A stretch of DNA of 64,000 nt from Lachnospiraceae bacterium (GTDB taxonomy: Bacteria > Bacillota > Clostridia > Lachnospirales > Lachnospiraceae): contig JAZUIS010000036.1 of the NCBI GenBank assembly GCA_045642345.1, positions 313 to 64,312 on the forward strand. The letters are read 5' to 3'. The notes beneath the pieces were generated by a model. That model was not told the origin of the DNA and searched no databases. It saw only the letters and a list, made by a program, of their open reading frames with translations. How positions within the stretch are numbered: the stretch's first letter is position 1; the number at the start of each line of letters is the position of its first letter. Made by a program: the position numbers and the translations under genes. Shown here in pieces: positions 28,570 to 39,094 of this stretch.

Positions 28570-29331
28570 ATGAAGACTAGAAAGAATGTTATTACAGTAA
28601 TAATTACAATTTTAATTGGTTTTGCAATTGCTTTGGCAAGTGATGTAAGAACATTGGCCCAGGTTGATAACGATGCTCCGGTAAATATTGATTTTGGCGA
28701 CAAATGCGTATTGATAATCGGTGACAGCAGAGCCTGCTCTCTTAGCAGAACCCTAAACGAAAAGCTTGGGTTTAAGCTTCTTTATGCACAAAATTATGAT
28801 AAAGTCACACAGGTTGTCCTCCAAAAAGGTAAGACGACTATAGCAATCTGCGGTGAAGGCGGCGGCTCCATAAAGAAGGGTTCATTTGACAGAGCAGTTG
28901 ATGCAATGAACGATTTAATAATAAACAACGAGCAGATTAAGAACAGAAATTGTTTCTATTACATAGATATGTTCGGTGTTAACGACATTAACGAAAATCC
29001 CAAAGCACCTGTAACATATATGAAAAGAGATGAGGAAATAAAGGAAAACATACCGAGAATAGTTAAAATGTATCATTTGAATGCAGGTCCGATAACAGAG
29101 GACGGATATTTTTATTTGGAAAATGATCTTACCAATGAGACCATTGAAAAATATAATGAGCAGTTCTGTGACACATTAAATGTACAGGTGGTTGATCTGT
29201 ATTCTTACCTTATGACAACCGGATTCGATACGGTCGATGATTCTGAAAACGATTTCCCCAAAACGGGAATGCATTATGATATGTCAACTGATATCACGAT
29301 TATAAATATGCTCAAAAACCTAGTAAAATAG
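28570..29331 (+). CDS. Secreted SGNH/GDSL-like hydrolase
   Basis: Signal peptide. Block I LIIGDSRA, block III FGVNDIN, block V-like GMHYD. Confidence 0.6.
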   Translation: MKTRKNVITVIITILIGFAIALASDVRTLAQVDNDAPVNIDFGDKCVLIIGDSRACSLSRTLNEKLGFKLLYAQNYDKVTQVVLQKGKTTIAICGEGGGSIKKGSFDRAVDAMNDLIINNEQIKNRNCFYYIDMFGVNDINENPKAPVTYMKRDEEIKENIPRIVKMYHLNAGPITEDGYFYLENDLTNETIEKYNEQFCDTLNVQVVDLYSYLMTTGFDTVDDSENDFPKTGMHYDMSTDITIINMLKNLVK

Positions 29332-29364
29332 AATAAGAAATCGTTTTTCGAAAAATAGCAATTT

Positions 29365-29398
29365 CTTCCTAAATAGCAATAATTAGGAAGATTTTTAT
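29365..29398 (+). terminator. Rho-independent terminator
   Basis: 8-bp stem cttcctaa/ttaggaag followed by atttttatt. Confidence 0.7.
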
Positions 29399-29529
29399 TG
29401 CACTTTTTACAATTTTTTTTCAAAATATGCTTGTTTTTTTGTTCAATGTGATATAAAGTATTTATCGAGGCTATCTGCTAGCCTTATGCAAAAACACTTT
29501 TTTTTATACTATAAGGGAGGAAAAGAATA

Positions 29530-30966
29530 ATGAAAAAAGTATTAGCAACACTGTTAACAGCTGCTATGGCTGTTTCAATGTTGGCTGCTTGTGGTGCATC
29601 TACAGAACCTGCAGCAGCAACAACAGAAGAAGCACCTGCAGCAACAACAGAAGAAGTTACGGTTGACGCCACAAGTGGTGAAAACGTAACAGCAACAGAT
29701 GACGTAACAACAGGTGGTAAGGTATTCAATATCTACGCTTGGAACGAAGAGTTCAAGGGATTCTTCGAGAAGTATTACACAGCTCAGGTTCCTTATCAGG
29801 ATGATAAGTACTTCGAAGCAGCACCCGGTAAGCACTGGATCGACGAAGGTTATACATTCAACTGGATTATTAACCCTTCAGATGATGGTGTATACCAGCA
29901 GAAGCTTGATGAGGCTCTCCTCAACCAGGCTAACGCAGCAGCAGATGACAAGGTTGATATGTTCCTTGCAGAAGCTGACTACATCACAAAGTACGCTGAC
30001 TCTGATTACACAGCAGGTATCGATGCACTCGGTACAGTTGATCAGTCTCAGATCTACGCTTATACAGCTCTTGCAGCAGCAGACGCTAACGGCGTCGTTA
30101 AGGGATGTTCATTCCAGTGCTGTCCTTCAGCTTTAATCTATCGTCGTTCACTTGCTAAGGAATTACTTGGCACAGACGATCCTGCTGAAGTTCAGGCTAA
30201 GTTAGGTACATGGGATGACTTCATGGCAGTTGCATCAGATGTTTCTTCTAAGGGTTATCTTATGACTCCTTCATTCGCAGAAACATTCCGTGTATTCTCT
30301 AATAACTGTACATCAGCTTGGGTTGATGGTAACAACAACCTTACAGTTCCTACAGAAGTAACTGCTTGGATTGAGCAGACAAAGGCTCTTGCAGATATGA
30401 ACGCTACTAAGAACGCTGGTATCTGGGATGCAGAAAAGAACGCTGAAATGGAAGCAGCAGGAACAGCTCTTTGCTTCTTCGGACCTGCTTGGTATTTCAA
30501 CTTCTGTATGGGACCTGCTCACGAACAGGCTATGGGCGACTGGGCAGTAGTTCAGGGTCCTCAGGCTCACTTCTGGGGCGGTACTTGGATGCTTGCAGCT
30601 AACGGAACAGATAACGGCGACATCGTTGCTGATATCATGAACGCATTCCTTTCAAATGAGGATGTTATCAACGCAATGGTTTCTGTAGAAGGTCAGTATC
30701 CTAACAACCAGGCAATCGCTGCTAACTTCGCTAATGATGCTTCATATGGTTCAGAGTTCCTTGGTGGACAGAACGATATCGCAGTATTCTCAGAGATGAC
30801 AGACAGCATTAAGTGGGAATACCACACTGTTTACGATCAGCTCCTTTGCGAAGGTATCCAGACAGCATTCCAGGATTACTTCTTTGGTGTAGTTGATGAA
30901 GATACAGCTTGGGCTAACTTCTACACATATATCAACGAAAAGTATCCTGATATCGTAACTCCATAA
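29530..30966 (+). CDS. Carbohydrate ABC transporter substrate-binding lipoprotein
   Basis: Lipobox LAAC-G, a Thr/Glu/Ala-rich linker and a 478-aa solute-binding-like body. Followed by two sugar-type permease genes. Very strong SD (aagggagg). Confidence 0.8.
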   Translation: MKKVLATLLTAAMAVSMLAACGASTEPAAATTEEAPAATTEEVTVDATSGENVTATDDVTTGGKVFNIYAWNEEFKGFFEKYYTAQVPYQDDKYFEAAPGKHWIDEGYTFNWIINPSDDGVYQQKLDEALLNQANAAADDKVDMFLAEADYITKYADSDYTAGIDALGTVDQSQIYAYTALAAADANGVVKGCSFQCCPSALIYRRSLAKELLGTDDPAEVQAKLGTWDDFMAVASDVSSKGYLMTPSFAETFRVFSNNCTSAWVDGNNNLTVPTEVTAWIEQTKALADMNATKNAGIWDAEKNAEMEAAGTALCFFGPAWYFNFCMGPAHEQAMGDWAVVQGPQAHFWGGTWMLAANGTDNGDIVADIMNAFLSNEDVINAMVSVEGQYPNNQAIAANFANDASYGSEFLGGQNDIAVFSEMTDSIKWEYHTVYDQLLCEGIQTAFQDYFFGVVDEDTAWANFYTYINEKYPDIVTP

Positions 30967-30997
30967 TTTAGAGTTTACTGTATACTTAAAGATGATT

Positions 30998-31031
30998 TCG
31001 CTGCGTCGAGAGTCTCGGCGCAGCGATTTTT
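30998..31031 (+). terminator. Intra-operon terminator/attenuator after the binding-protein gene
   Basis: GC-rich stem tcgctgcg..cgagagtctcgg..cgcagcga followed by ttttt. Confidence 0.8.
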
Positions 31032-31052
31032 AAACAATACGGAGAATGTCTT

Positions 31053-32018
31053 ATGAGTAAGAAAAATCAATCTACCGGTGCGGTAAAACATAAGTCCGTA
31101 AGTTATGCCAAATGGGGCTATATTTTCATCGCTCCGTTCTTTATAGTTTATATACTTTGTTCGTTAGTGCCTCAGTTTTTGACAATCTACTACAGTTTCT
31201 TTGAAAAATACAGAAAAGGTCTGAGTGAGGTAGGTCCCAACTTTGTTGGATTACAGAATTTTGTATCTTTATTTAAACCGGACAATAACGGTACTGTCGT
31301 AATGATTAAGTACCTTGGCAATACAATGATTATGTGGGTACTTGGTGCCGTACCTCAGTTTATAGTAGCTATTTTATTAGCAGTATGGTTTACCAGTGCC
31401 AGATTAAAGATTAAAGGACAGCAGTTCTTTAAGACAGTTATTTACATGCCGAACCTTATTATGGCATCGGCTATTTCAATGTTGTTCTATTCGGTATTTA
31501 ACCAGGCAGGTCCTATAGGAAAACTTCTTAATTGGAACTATGAAACTTCTACATGGGGAACATGGGCTTTGGTTGCCGGAATGAACTTCCTTATGTGGTT
31601 TGGTAATACCACAATCGTTTTGATGGCAGGTATTATGGGAATCGATCAGAGCTTATTTGAAGCTGCTGCAATTGATGGAGCCAGCTCTTGGAAGGTATTT
31701 ACCAAGATTACAATCCCAATGCTTATGCCGATTGTTAACTACGCATTTATTACTGCCTTGATTGGTGGTATCAATATGTATGATATACCGCAAGTCCTTA
31801 CCAAAGGAACGGGACGTCCCAACAACGCTGCGAAGACGCTTATTATGCAACTTAGCAGTTACATGGGAACCTCGAAGAACTATGGTATGGGAGGCGCGTT
31901 ATCTGTTCTGATATTTATTTTCTCAATGGTACTTAGCTTGTTTGTATACAGCTTTATTGCCAAACAGTATCAGAATGAACCCTCAATATATAAGAAACAG
32001 AAGAAAGGGGGAAGATAA
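31053..32018 (+). CDS. Carbohydrate ABC transporter permease (MalF-like)
   Basis: 6-TM layout with the EAA-type loop (EAAAIDGASSWKVFTKITIP). Confidence 0.85.
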   Translation: MSKKNQSTGAVKHKSVSYAKWGYIFIAPFFIVYILCSLVPQFLTIYYSFFEKYRKGLSEVGPNFVGLQNFVSLFKPDNNGTVVMIKYLGNTMIMWVLGAVPQFIVAILLAVWFTSARLKIKGQQFFKTVIYMPNLIMASAISMLFYSVFNQAGPIGKLLNWNYETSTWGTWALVAGMNFLMWFGNTTIVLMAGIMGIDQSLFEAAAIDGASSWKVFTKITIPMLMPIVNYAFITALIGGINMYDIPQVLTKGTGRPNNAAKTLIMQLSSYMGTSKNYGMGGALSVLIFIFSMVLSLFVYSFIAKQYQNEPSIYKKQKKGGR

Positions 32019-32020
32019 TT

Positions 32021-32899
32021 ATGCCGTACGAATTACCTGAAATAGAACCTAAAAGTGCAAAAACAAAATTGTTCTTTCTTAGATTTATAGTATATGTTGC
32101 ACTTGGACTTGTTACGTTTATATGCTTATTCTTCTTTGTATTGATGATTATTAACTGTACTAAGACTAACAGTCAGTTGCAGGGTGGCTTCAGTTTGGTT
32201 CCTTCAAGTCACTTCTTTGAGAATATAAAGAATGCTATAAACGACAGAGCATTGGTTAACATTGCTGTGGGAATGAAGAATTCATTCCTGGTAGCTGCTG
32301 CATCTTCAATTTTGTCAGTATATTTTTCGGCGTTAACCGCTTATGGTATTCACTGCTATCAGTTCAGACTTAAGAATTTCTGCTTTAAGTTCATCCTGGT
32401 AGTTATGATGATTCCTTCACAGGTTTCTGCAGTAGGTTTCATTTCGTTATGTAATAAGTTCAATCTTATTAACACATACTGGCCTTTAATTGTGCCAAGT
32501 ATTGCAGCCCCCATCGTATTCTTCTATATGAAGCAGTACATGGAATCGGTTCTTCCGTTGGAAATTGTAGAAGCCGCAAGAGTGGACGGCGCAAAGGAAT
32601 TCTACACTTTCAACAAGATAATTTTACCGATAATGAGCCCTGCAATTGCAGTTCAGCTTATTTTCTCTTTCGTAGCAAGCTGGAATAACTATTTCCTTCC
32701 TGCTATGATTATAGACAAGGCTGAGCTTAAGACACTTCCTATAATGATTTACACATTACGTAGTGCTGACTATGCCAAATTCGATATGGGTGAGATTTAT
32801 GCATATATTCTGCTTTCTATCTTACCGGTTATCGTAGTTTATATTGCACTTAGTAAGTTCATCATTAAGGGTGCTACAGCAGGTTCGGTTAAGGGTTAA
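32021..32899 (+). CDS. Carbohydrate ABC transporter permease (MalG-like)
   Basis: EAA-type loop (EAARVDGAKEFYTFNKIILP). Lies 2 nt after the first permease gene. Confidence 0.85.
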   Translation: MPYELPEIEPKSAKTKLFFLRFIVYVALGLVTFICLFFFVLMIINCTKTNSQLQGGFSLVPSSHFFENIKNAINDRALVNIAVGMKNSFLVAAASSILSVYFSALTAYGIHCYQFRLKNFCFKFILVVMMIPSQVSAVGFISLCNKFNLINTYWPLIVPSIAAPIVFFYMKQYMESVLPLEIVEAARVDGAKEFYTFNKIILPIMSPAIAVQLIFSFVASWNNYFLPAMIIDKAELKTLPIMIYTLRSADYAKFDMGEIYAYILLSILPVIVVYIALSKFIIKGATAGSVKG

Positions 32900-32908
32900 T
32901 ATGCAATA

Positions 32909-32922
32909 CGAACAAATGTTCT
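32909..32922 (+). promoter_or_regulatory. Candidate LexA (Cheo/SOS) box upstream of uvrB
   Basis: cgaacaaatgttct matches the Gram-positive consensus CGAACRNRYGTTYC at 13 of 14 positions, in front of an SOS regulon gene. Confidence 0.65.
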
Positions 32923-32930
32923 AATATTTA

Positions 32931-32960
32931 TAGACATAAATTATTATCAGTAGTATAATA
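32931..32960 (+). promoter_or_regulatory. Candidate sigma-A promoter for uvrBA (TAGACA-18 nt-TATAAT)
   Basis: -35 tagaca (32931-32936) and a perfect -10 tataat (32955-32960). Confidence 0.5.
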
Positions 32961-32962
32961 GC

Positions 32963-32998
32963 AAGGTGTGGATTTAAGTCCGCACCTTGTTTTGTTTA
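32963..32998 (+). terminator. Strong terminator hairpin between the ABC operon and the uvrB start
   Basis: 11-bp stem caaggtgtgga/tccgcaccttg (one G-U), loop tttaag, then ttttgttt. Confidence 0.75.
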
Positions 32999-33006
32999 GG
33001 GAAATT

Positions 33007-35007
33007 ATGAGTGAGAATAATAATATCTTTAAACTTCATAGTGAGTATGTGCCCACCGGTGATCAGCCACAGGCTATAGAAGAACTGGTGGAAGGTTTTA
33101 AAGCAGGTAATCAGTTCCAAACTCTTGTTGGAGTTACAGGCTCGGGCAAGACATTTACCATGGCTAACGTAATAGCTAAGCTTAATAAACCAACGTTGAT
33201 AATCAGCCATAACAAAACTTTGGCCGGCCAGCTCTATGGGGAAATGAAGGAGTTCTTCCCTGAGAACGCGGTTGAGTATTTTGTATCCTATTATGATTAT
33301 TATCAGCCGGAAGCTTATGTTCCTTCTTCTGATACGTATATTGCCAAGGACTCATCCGTTAATGATGAAATAGATAAATTACGTTTGTCTGCTACGGCAT
33401 CATTGTCGGAACGTAAGGATGTTATTGTTGTGGCTTCGGTTTCCTGTATATACGGACTCGGATCCCCTGATGATTATCAGGGAATGATGCTTTCTTTGCG
33501 TCCGGGAATGAGTAGAGACAGAGATAATGTAATCCGTGCACTTATTGATATGCGTTACGAACGTAATGACATGGATCTTGACAGAAGCTGTTTCAGGGTA
33601 CGCGGTGATGTCCTTGAAGTCAATCCTGCCGAAGGCGGCGATGTAATAATAAGAATAGAATTTTTCGGTGATGAAATTGACAGAATTTCCGAAATAGATC
33701 CTGTGACGGGAAAACCGTCAGCGTCTCTTAATCACATTACATTTTTCCCGGCTTCACATTATGTTGTCCCTGCAGAAAAACTCAGAAATGCGGTTAAAGA
33801 TATTTCTGCTGAGATGGAAGAACAGATAAGATATTTTAAGAGTGAAGACAAGCTTATTGAAGCACAGCGTATTTCCGAGAGAACCAATTTCGATATGGAA
33901 ATGATGCTGGAAACGGGATTCTGTTCCGGAATAGAGAACTATTCACGACATCTTAGCGGACGAAAAGAAGGGGAACCGCCCTATACATTAATAGATTTCT
34001 TCGGTGACGATTTTCTGATTATTATAGACGAGTCACATATGACGATACCTCAGATAGGCGCTATGTCTGTAGGTGACCGCAGTCGTAAAACAACACTTGT
34101 TGACTATGGATTCAGGCTTCCGTCGGCCAAAGACAATCGTCCTTTAACCTTTGAAGAATTTGAACAAAGGGTAGACCAGGTTATGTTTGTTTCGGCGACT
34201 CCCGCCCAATACGAGCAGGATCATGAACTGTTACGTACAGAGCAGATTATAAGACCCACGGGATTACTTGATCCCGAAATATCAGTTCGCCCTATAGAGG
34301 GCCAGATTGATGACCTGATTAAAGAAATACGTAATGAGACCGACAGGCATAATAAGGTACTGATTACAACTCTTACCAAACATATGGCTGAAGATCTGAC
34401 AGATTATCTTAAGGAAGTCGGCATTAGAGTTAAGTATCTTCATTCCGATATAGATACACTTGAAAGAGCTCAGATAATACGTGATATGCGACTTGATGTA
34501 TTTGATGTGCTGGTGGGAATTAATCTTCTTAGAGAAGGACTTGATATTCCGGAAATAGCGCTGGTTGCCATTCTGGATGCCGATAAAGAAGGTTTTCTTA
34601 GGTCTGAAACATCATTGATTCAGACAATAGGTCGTGCTGCCAGAAATGTTAACGGTCATGTTGTAATGTATGCCGATAACATGACTGACTCTATGAAAAA
34701 TGCCATAGAGGAAACGAACAGAAGACGTAAATTGCAGGATGAGTATAATAAGGCGCACGGAATTACACCTAAGAGCATCGAGAAGTCGGTACGTGACCTT
34801 ATAAGTATTTCCAAGGAAATTGCCAAGGAAGAACTCAGATTTACCAAAGATCCGGAGTCTATGAATCGTAAGGAACTTGAGAAACTTATTGCCAAGGTTG
34901 AAAAGCAAATGCGTAAAGCAGCAGCAGAACTGGACTTTGAATCTGCGGCGGAGTTAAGAGACCAAATGGTTGAACTCAAAAAGAACCTGGAGAATATCTC
35001 AGATTAG
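33007..35007 (+). CDS. uvrB: Excinuclease ABC subunit B
   Basis: Start moved to the ATG at 33007 ([14 protein letters not shown]), because the 13 upstream track codons overlap the terminator hairpin. Walker A GVTGSGKT, helicase motifs and the C-terminal UVR motif ([14 protein letters not shown]). Confidence 0.93.
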   Translation: MSENNNIFKLHSEYVPTGDQPQAIEELVEGFKAGNQFQTLVGVTGSGKTFTMANVIAKLNKPTLIISHNKTLAGQLYGEMKEFFPENAVEYFVSYYDYYQPEAYVPSSDTYIAKDSSVNDEIDKLRLSATASLSERKDVIVVASVSCIYGLGSPDDYQGMMLSLRPGMSRDRDNVIRALIDMRYERNDMDLDRSCFRVRGDVLEVNPAEGGDVIIRIEFFGDEIDRISEIDPVTGKPSASLNHITFFPASHYVVPAEKLRNAVKDISAEMEEQIRYFKSEDKLIEAQRISERTNFDMEMMLETGFCSGIENYSRHLSGRKEGEPPYTLIDFFGDDFLIIIDESHMTIPQIGAMSVGDRSRKTTLVDYGFRLPSAKDNRPLTFEEFEQRVDQVMFVSATPAQYEQDHELLRTEQIIRPTGLLDPEISVRPIEGQIDDLIKEIRNETDRHNKVLITTLTKHMAEDLTDYLKEVGIRVKYLHSDIDTLERAQIIRDMRLDVFDVLVGINLLREGLDIPEIALVAILDADKEGFLRSETSLIQTIGRAARNVNGHVVMYADNMTDSMKNAIEETNRRRKLQDEYNKAHGITPKSIEKSVRDLISISKEIAKEELRFTKDPESMNRKELEKLIAKVEKQMRKAAAELDFESAAELRDQMVELKKNLENISD

Positions 35008-35042
35008 TAATAAAAACATCACTGAAACGAAAGAGTAAGAAT

Positions 35043-37901
35043 ATGGCAGTAACTAAAATTAAGCCCCGCGAATATATTAAAGTACGCGGCGCATCGGAAC
35101 ACAACTTAAAAAGCCTTGATGTAGATATTCCGAGGAATGAGCTGGTGGTTATGACCGGACTTTCGGGTTCGGGCAAATCATCACTTGCTTTTGATACAAT
35201 TTATGCCGAAGGTCAGCGCCGCTATATGGAGTCATTATCTTCATATGCACGTCAGTTCCTGGGACAAATGGAAAAACCAAATGTTGAGACGATAGAAGGC
35301 TTATCCCCGGCTATTTCAATAGATCAGAAGTCTACTAACAGAAACCCCAGATCTACTGTGGGAACCGTTACGGAAATATATGATCATCTGCGACTTTTGT
35401 ATGCACGAATAGGTATTCCGCATTGCCCTAATTGCGGCAAGGTTATTTCCAAGCAATCCGTTGACCAGATGGTTGATCAGATTATGGTTTTGGAAGAAGG
35501 TACCAAAATTCAGCTGCTGGCTCCGGTAGTACGCGGGAAGAAGGGACGTCATGAGAAGACTCTTGAAAGCGCGCGGAAGAGCGGATATGTACGTGCCATA
35601 GTAGACGGTAATATGTATGAACTTACCGAGAATATTGAATTGGACAAAAATATAAAGCACACCATAGATATTGTTATTGACAGACTTGTGGTAAAGCCGG
35701 GAATCGAAAGTCGACTTACGGATTCTATCGAAAGCGTTACAAAGCTTACGGACGGATTGCTAAGTGTTGATGTTATAGGCGGTAAGATGCTCAATTTCAG
35801 TATGAGTTTTTCGTGCCCTGATTGTGAAATCAGTATTCCTGAGATTGAACCAAGAAGTTTTTCTTTCAACAATCCCTTTGGCGCATGCCCTTTATGCGTG
35901 GGATTGGGATACAGAATGGAATTTGACCCGGAACTTATGATTCCGGATAAGAGATTATCAATTAATGAAGGCGCAATAGCTGTTACGGGATGGCAGTCAT
36001 GCAATAAGTCGGGAAGCTTTTCAAATGCGATTTTGGAAGCAATTGCCAAAGAGTATAAGATAAGCCTTGATACGCCGTTTAAGGACTATCCAAAGGATAT
36101 TCAGGATAAGTTTATTAACGGCGGCTTCAAGGAAGTGAAGGTTCATTACAAGTCTCAGCGCGGTGAAGGAACATATCCGATAGCCTTTGAGGGAATCGTT
36201 AAGAATACCGAAAGACGCTACAGAGAAACTTTTTCCGAAACCATGAAGGCCGAATATGAGGAGTTTATGCGAATAAGCCCCTGCCCGGAGTGTAAAGGAC
36301 AGCGTCTTAAGAAGGAATCTTTGGCGGTTACAGTTGCCAAGAAGAATATATTCGAAATTACTTCCATGTCTATTTCGGAACTGAGCGAATTCCTGGCTAA
36401 TATGAGAATAACGAAACAGCAACAGACAATTGGTGAACAGGTTATCAAAGAAATCCGTTCCAGAGTGGGATTTTTGGTTGACGTAGGCCTTGATTATCTT
36501 TCTTTATCACGTGCAACCGCATCCTTATCGGGCGGAGAAGCTCAAAGAATCAGACTTGCTACACAGATTGGTTCCGGCCTGGTGGGAGTATGCTATATTC
36601 TTGACGAACCGAGTATAGGACTTCATCAGAAGGATAATGACAAGCTTCTTGAAACACTTAAACATCTGCGCGATTTGGGTAATACGCTAATTGTTGTGGA
36701 ACATGATGAAGATACCATGTTCGCAGCAGATAATATTATAGATATAGGTCCCGGAGCCGGTGTTAACGGTGGACGGGTTGTGGCTCAGGGTACTGCCGAG
36801 GAAATCATGAAGGTTCCGGAGTCTATAACAGGACAATATCTTTCGGGAAAGTTAAGGATCCCGGTTCCTGCCAAACGTCGTAAACCTACGGGATATCTTA
36901 TGATAAAGGGCGCGGCCGAGAATAATCTTAAGAAGATAGATGTTAAGATTCCTTCGGGAGTGTTTACCTGTGTTACCGGTGTGTCAGGTTCCGGAAAGAG
37001 TTCTTTGGTAAACGAGATTTTGTACAAAAGGCTTGCAAAGGAACTGAACCGTGCCAGAGTGATTCCGGGAAAGCATAAAGAAATGCTGGGAATCGATATG
37101 TTTGATAAGGTTATCAATATTGACCAATCTCCTATCGGAAGGACCCCAAGATCTAATCCGGCTACATATACCGGTGCATTTGATCTGATACGTGATTTAT
37201 TTGCTCAAACTCCGGATGCCAAGGCTAAAGGATACCAGAAAGGCAGATTCAGTTTTAATGTTAAAGGCGGACGTTGTGAAGCCTGCGGCGGTGACGGAAT
37301 AATCAAAATCGAAATGCATTTTCTTCCGGATGTATATGTGCCCTGCGAAGTGTGTAAGGGCAAAAGATATAACCGAGAGACCCTCGAGGTAAAGTACAAA
37401 GGCAAAAACATATATGATGTGCTGGAAATGACAATAGAGGAAGCCGTTACTTTCTTCGAAAATGTTCCGACCATACGAAGAAAGATAGAAACTCTTAATG
37501 ATGTGGGGTTGTCTTATGTGAAGCTTGGACAGCCTTCGACCACATTATCAGGGGGCGAAGCTCAAAGAATAAAACTGGCAACAGAATTAAGCAAACGCAG
37601 TACGGGAAATACCATATATATTCTTGATGAACCCACAACAGGACTTCATTTTGATGATGTGAATAAACTTGTCGAAATAATCCAACGACTGGTTGGCGAA
37701 GGAAATACGGCGGTAGTAATTGAACATAATCTCGATGTTATAAAGACTGCTGATTACATTATCGACATGGGACCCGACGGAGGCGACAGAGGTGGTACCG
37801 TTGTTGTTACGGGAACGCCTGAAGAAGTGGCTCGGTGTGAAACGTCATATACCGGCCAATATATTAAGAAAATGCTTGGTAAGTATAAAGAAAAACCCTA
37901 A
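35043..37901 (+). CDS. uvrA: Excinuclease ABC subunit A
   Basis: 952 aa. Two ABC modules (GLSGSGKSS and GVSGSGKSS; LSGGEAQR twice) and zinc-finger Cys clusters. Confidence 0.95.
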   Translation: MAVTKIKPREYIKVRGASEHNLKSLDVDIPRNELVVMTGLSGSGKSSLAFDTIYAEGQRRYMESLSSYARQFLGQMEKPNVETIEGLSPAISIDQKSTNRNPRSTVGTVTEIYDHLRLLYARIGIPHCPNCGKVISKQSVDQMVDQIMVLEEGTKIQLLAPVVRGKKGRHEKTLESARKSGYVRAIVDGNMYELTENIELDKNIKHTIDIVIDRLVVKPGIESRLTDSIESVTKLTDGLLSVDVIGGKMLNFSMSFSCPDCEISIPEIEPRSFSFNNPFGACPLCVGLGYRMEFDPELMIPDKRLSINEGAIAVTGWQSCNKSGSFSNAILEAIAKEYKISLDTPFKDYPKDIQDKFINGGFKEVKVHYKSQRGEGTYPIAFEGIVKNTERRYRETFSETMKAEYEEFMRISPCPECKGQRLKKESLAVTVAKKNIFEITSMSISELSEFLANMRITKQQQTIGEQVIKEIRSRVGFLVDVGLDYLSLSRATASLSGGEAQRIRLATQIGSGLVGVCYILDEPSIGLHQKDNDKLLETLKHLRDLGNTLIVVEHDEDTMFAADNIIDIGPGAGVNGGRVVAQGTAEEIMKVPESITGQYLSGKLRIPVPAKRRKPTGYLMIKGAAENNLKKIDVKIPSGVFTCVTGVSGSGKSSLVNEILYKRLAKELNRARVIPGKHKEMLGIDMFDKVINIDQSPIGRTPRSNPATYTGAFDLIRDLFAQTPDAKAKGYQKGRFSFNVKGGRCEACGGDGIIKIEMHFLPDVYVPCEVCKGKRYNRETLEVKYKGKNIYDVLEMTIEEAVTFFENVPTIRRKIETLNDVGLSYVKLGQPSTTLSGGEAQRIKLATELSKRSTGNTIYILDEPTTGLHFDDVNKLVEIIQRLVGEGNTAVVIEHNLDVIKTADYIIDMGPDGGDRGGTVVVTGTPEEVARCETSYTGQYIKKMLGKYKEKP

Positions 37902-37926
37902 ACTCTCCGATATATGAGATAGCAAG

Positions 37927-37972
37927 GACGCATTTAATTCCTTAATGGATTAAGGGAATGGATGCGTCTTTT
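37927..37972 (+). terminator. Rho-independent terminator after uvrA
   Basis: Long hairpin with outer stem gacgcat/atgcgtc and inner ttccttaat/attaagggaa pairing, then tttt. Confidence 0.8.
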
Positions 37973-38085
37973 AATTTATACAAAAAAATCAATCATACTC
38001 CTTTAAATATGTTGGCTTTTAAGATATAATATTCTAGTCAAAAAATGAGATTTTATATTTATTTAACATATAGGAGGGGCACAGG

Positions 38086-39084
38086 ATGTCATCATACACA
38101 GACATAGGAATTGATTTAGGAACGGCAAGTATTTTGGTTTACATCAGAGGACGCGGAGTTGTACTTAAGGAGCCCTCAGTTGTAGCTTTTGATAGAGATA
38201 CCAATAAGGTTAAGGCAATCGGCGAAGATGCCAGACTTATGCTTGGTAGAACCCCGAGCAATATCGTTGCTATCCGTCCTCTTAGACAGGGCGTTATTTC
38301 TGACTATAAGGTTACGGAGCAGATGATGAAATACTTCATTCAGAAAGCTCTCGGTAAGAAAACTTTCCGTAAGCCCAGAATTGCGGTATGTGTACCTTCG
38401 GGAGTAACCGAAGTAGAAAAGAAAGCTGTTGAAGATGCTACTATCATGGCAGGTGCAAGAGAAGTTTCCATTATTGAGGAGCCTATTGCGGCTGCAATCG
38501 GAGCCGGAATTGATATTTCAAGACCATACGGAAATATGATTGTTGATATAGGCGGCGGAACTTCGGATATTGCGGTTATTTCTCTTGGCGGAACCGTTGT
38601 ATCCGCATCAATCAAAGTAGCAGGCGATGATTTTGATGAAGCATTGGTAAGATATATGCGTAAAAAGCATAATCTTCATATAGGTGAAAGAACCGCAGAA
38701 GATTTAAAGATTAAAATCGGAAATGCCTTTAGGGGTTCTCCGAATGAAACAATGGATGTAAGAGGTCGTAACCTCATTACAGGTCTTCCCAAGACAGTTA
38801 CTGTTACTTCCGAAGAAACAGAAGAAGCACTTCATGAAGCTACAGCACAGATTGTTGAAGCAATTCACGGAGTATTGGAACAGACACCTCCCGAACTTGC
38901 AGCTGATATTGCAGACAGAGGTATTGTTCTTACAGGTGGAGGAAGCTTGTTACACGGATTGGAAGATCTTATTTCTGAAAAGACAGGTATTAATACAATG
39001 ACAGCCGAAGATCCTATGACAGCAGTTGCTATCGGAACAGGTAAGTATGTTGAGTTCCTGTCAGGATATAAGGGTGAAATCTAA
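38086..39084 (+). CDS. mreB: Rod shape-determining actin homologue MreB/Mbl
   Basis: DIGIDLGTA..LVY, PSVVA and DIGGGT.DIAV blocks. Followed by two rod genes, as in B. subtilis mbl-flhO-flhP. Confidence 0.9.
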   Translation: MSSYTDIGIDLGTASILVYIRGRGVVLKEPSVVAFDRDTNKVKAIGEDARLMLGRTPSNIVAIRPLRQGVISDYKVTEQMMKYFIQKALGKKTFRKPRIAVCVPSGVTEVEKKAVEDATIMAGAREVSIIEEPIAAAIGAGIDISRPYGNMIVDIGGGTSDIAVISLGGTVVSASIKVAGDDFDEALVRYMRKKHNLHIGERTAEDLKIKIGNAFRGSPNETMDVRGRNLITGLPKTVTVTSEETEEALHEATAQIVEAIHGVLEQTPPELAADIADRGIVLTGGGSLLHGLEDLISEKTGINTMTAEDPMTAVAIGTGKYVEFLSGYKGEI

Positions 39085-39094
39085 GGAGTAATCT

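Noticed and set aside
29344-29380. Perfect palindrome tttttcgaaaaa and the duplicated aaatagcaat motif after the SGNH-like gene, considered as an operator
   Set aside because: The elements are short, AT-rich and easily explained by chance. They overlap the terminator region, and no matching regulator or second copy is seen in the window.
29575-29835. Cys-rich 86-aa minus-strand ORF (..CCCCRCFFCCCCCRFCRC..) that superficially resembles a Cys-rich peptide
   Set aside because: It is the reverse complement of the gca/aca/gaa-rich linker of the binding-protein gene, where GCA read antisense gives TGC (Cys). It has no SD and is an artefact of the repeat.
32968-33006. 13-codon N-terminal extension of uvrB in the ORF track (GTG start, [13 protein letters not shown])
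   Set aside because: These codons coincide with the terminator hairpin and T-run. The ATG at 33007 has an SD-like aggga upstream and gives the canonical UvrB N-terminus.
37973-38085. Short ATG-initiated frames (6-20 codons) on both strands upstream of mreB
   Set aside because: None has a properly spaced SD. One overlaps the mreB SD and start out of frame. They are most likely just promoter and leader sequence.
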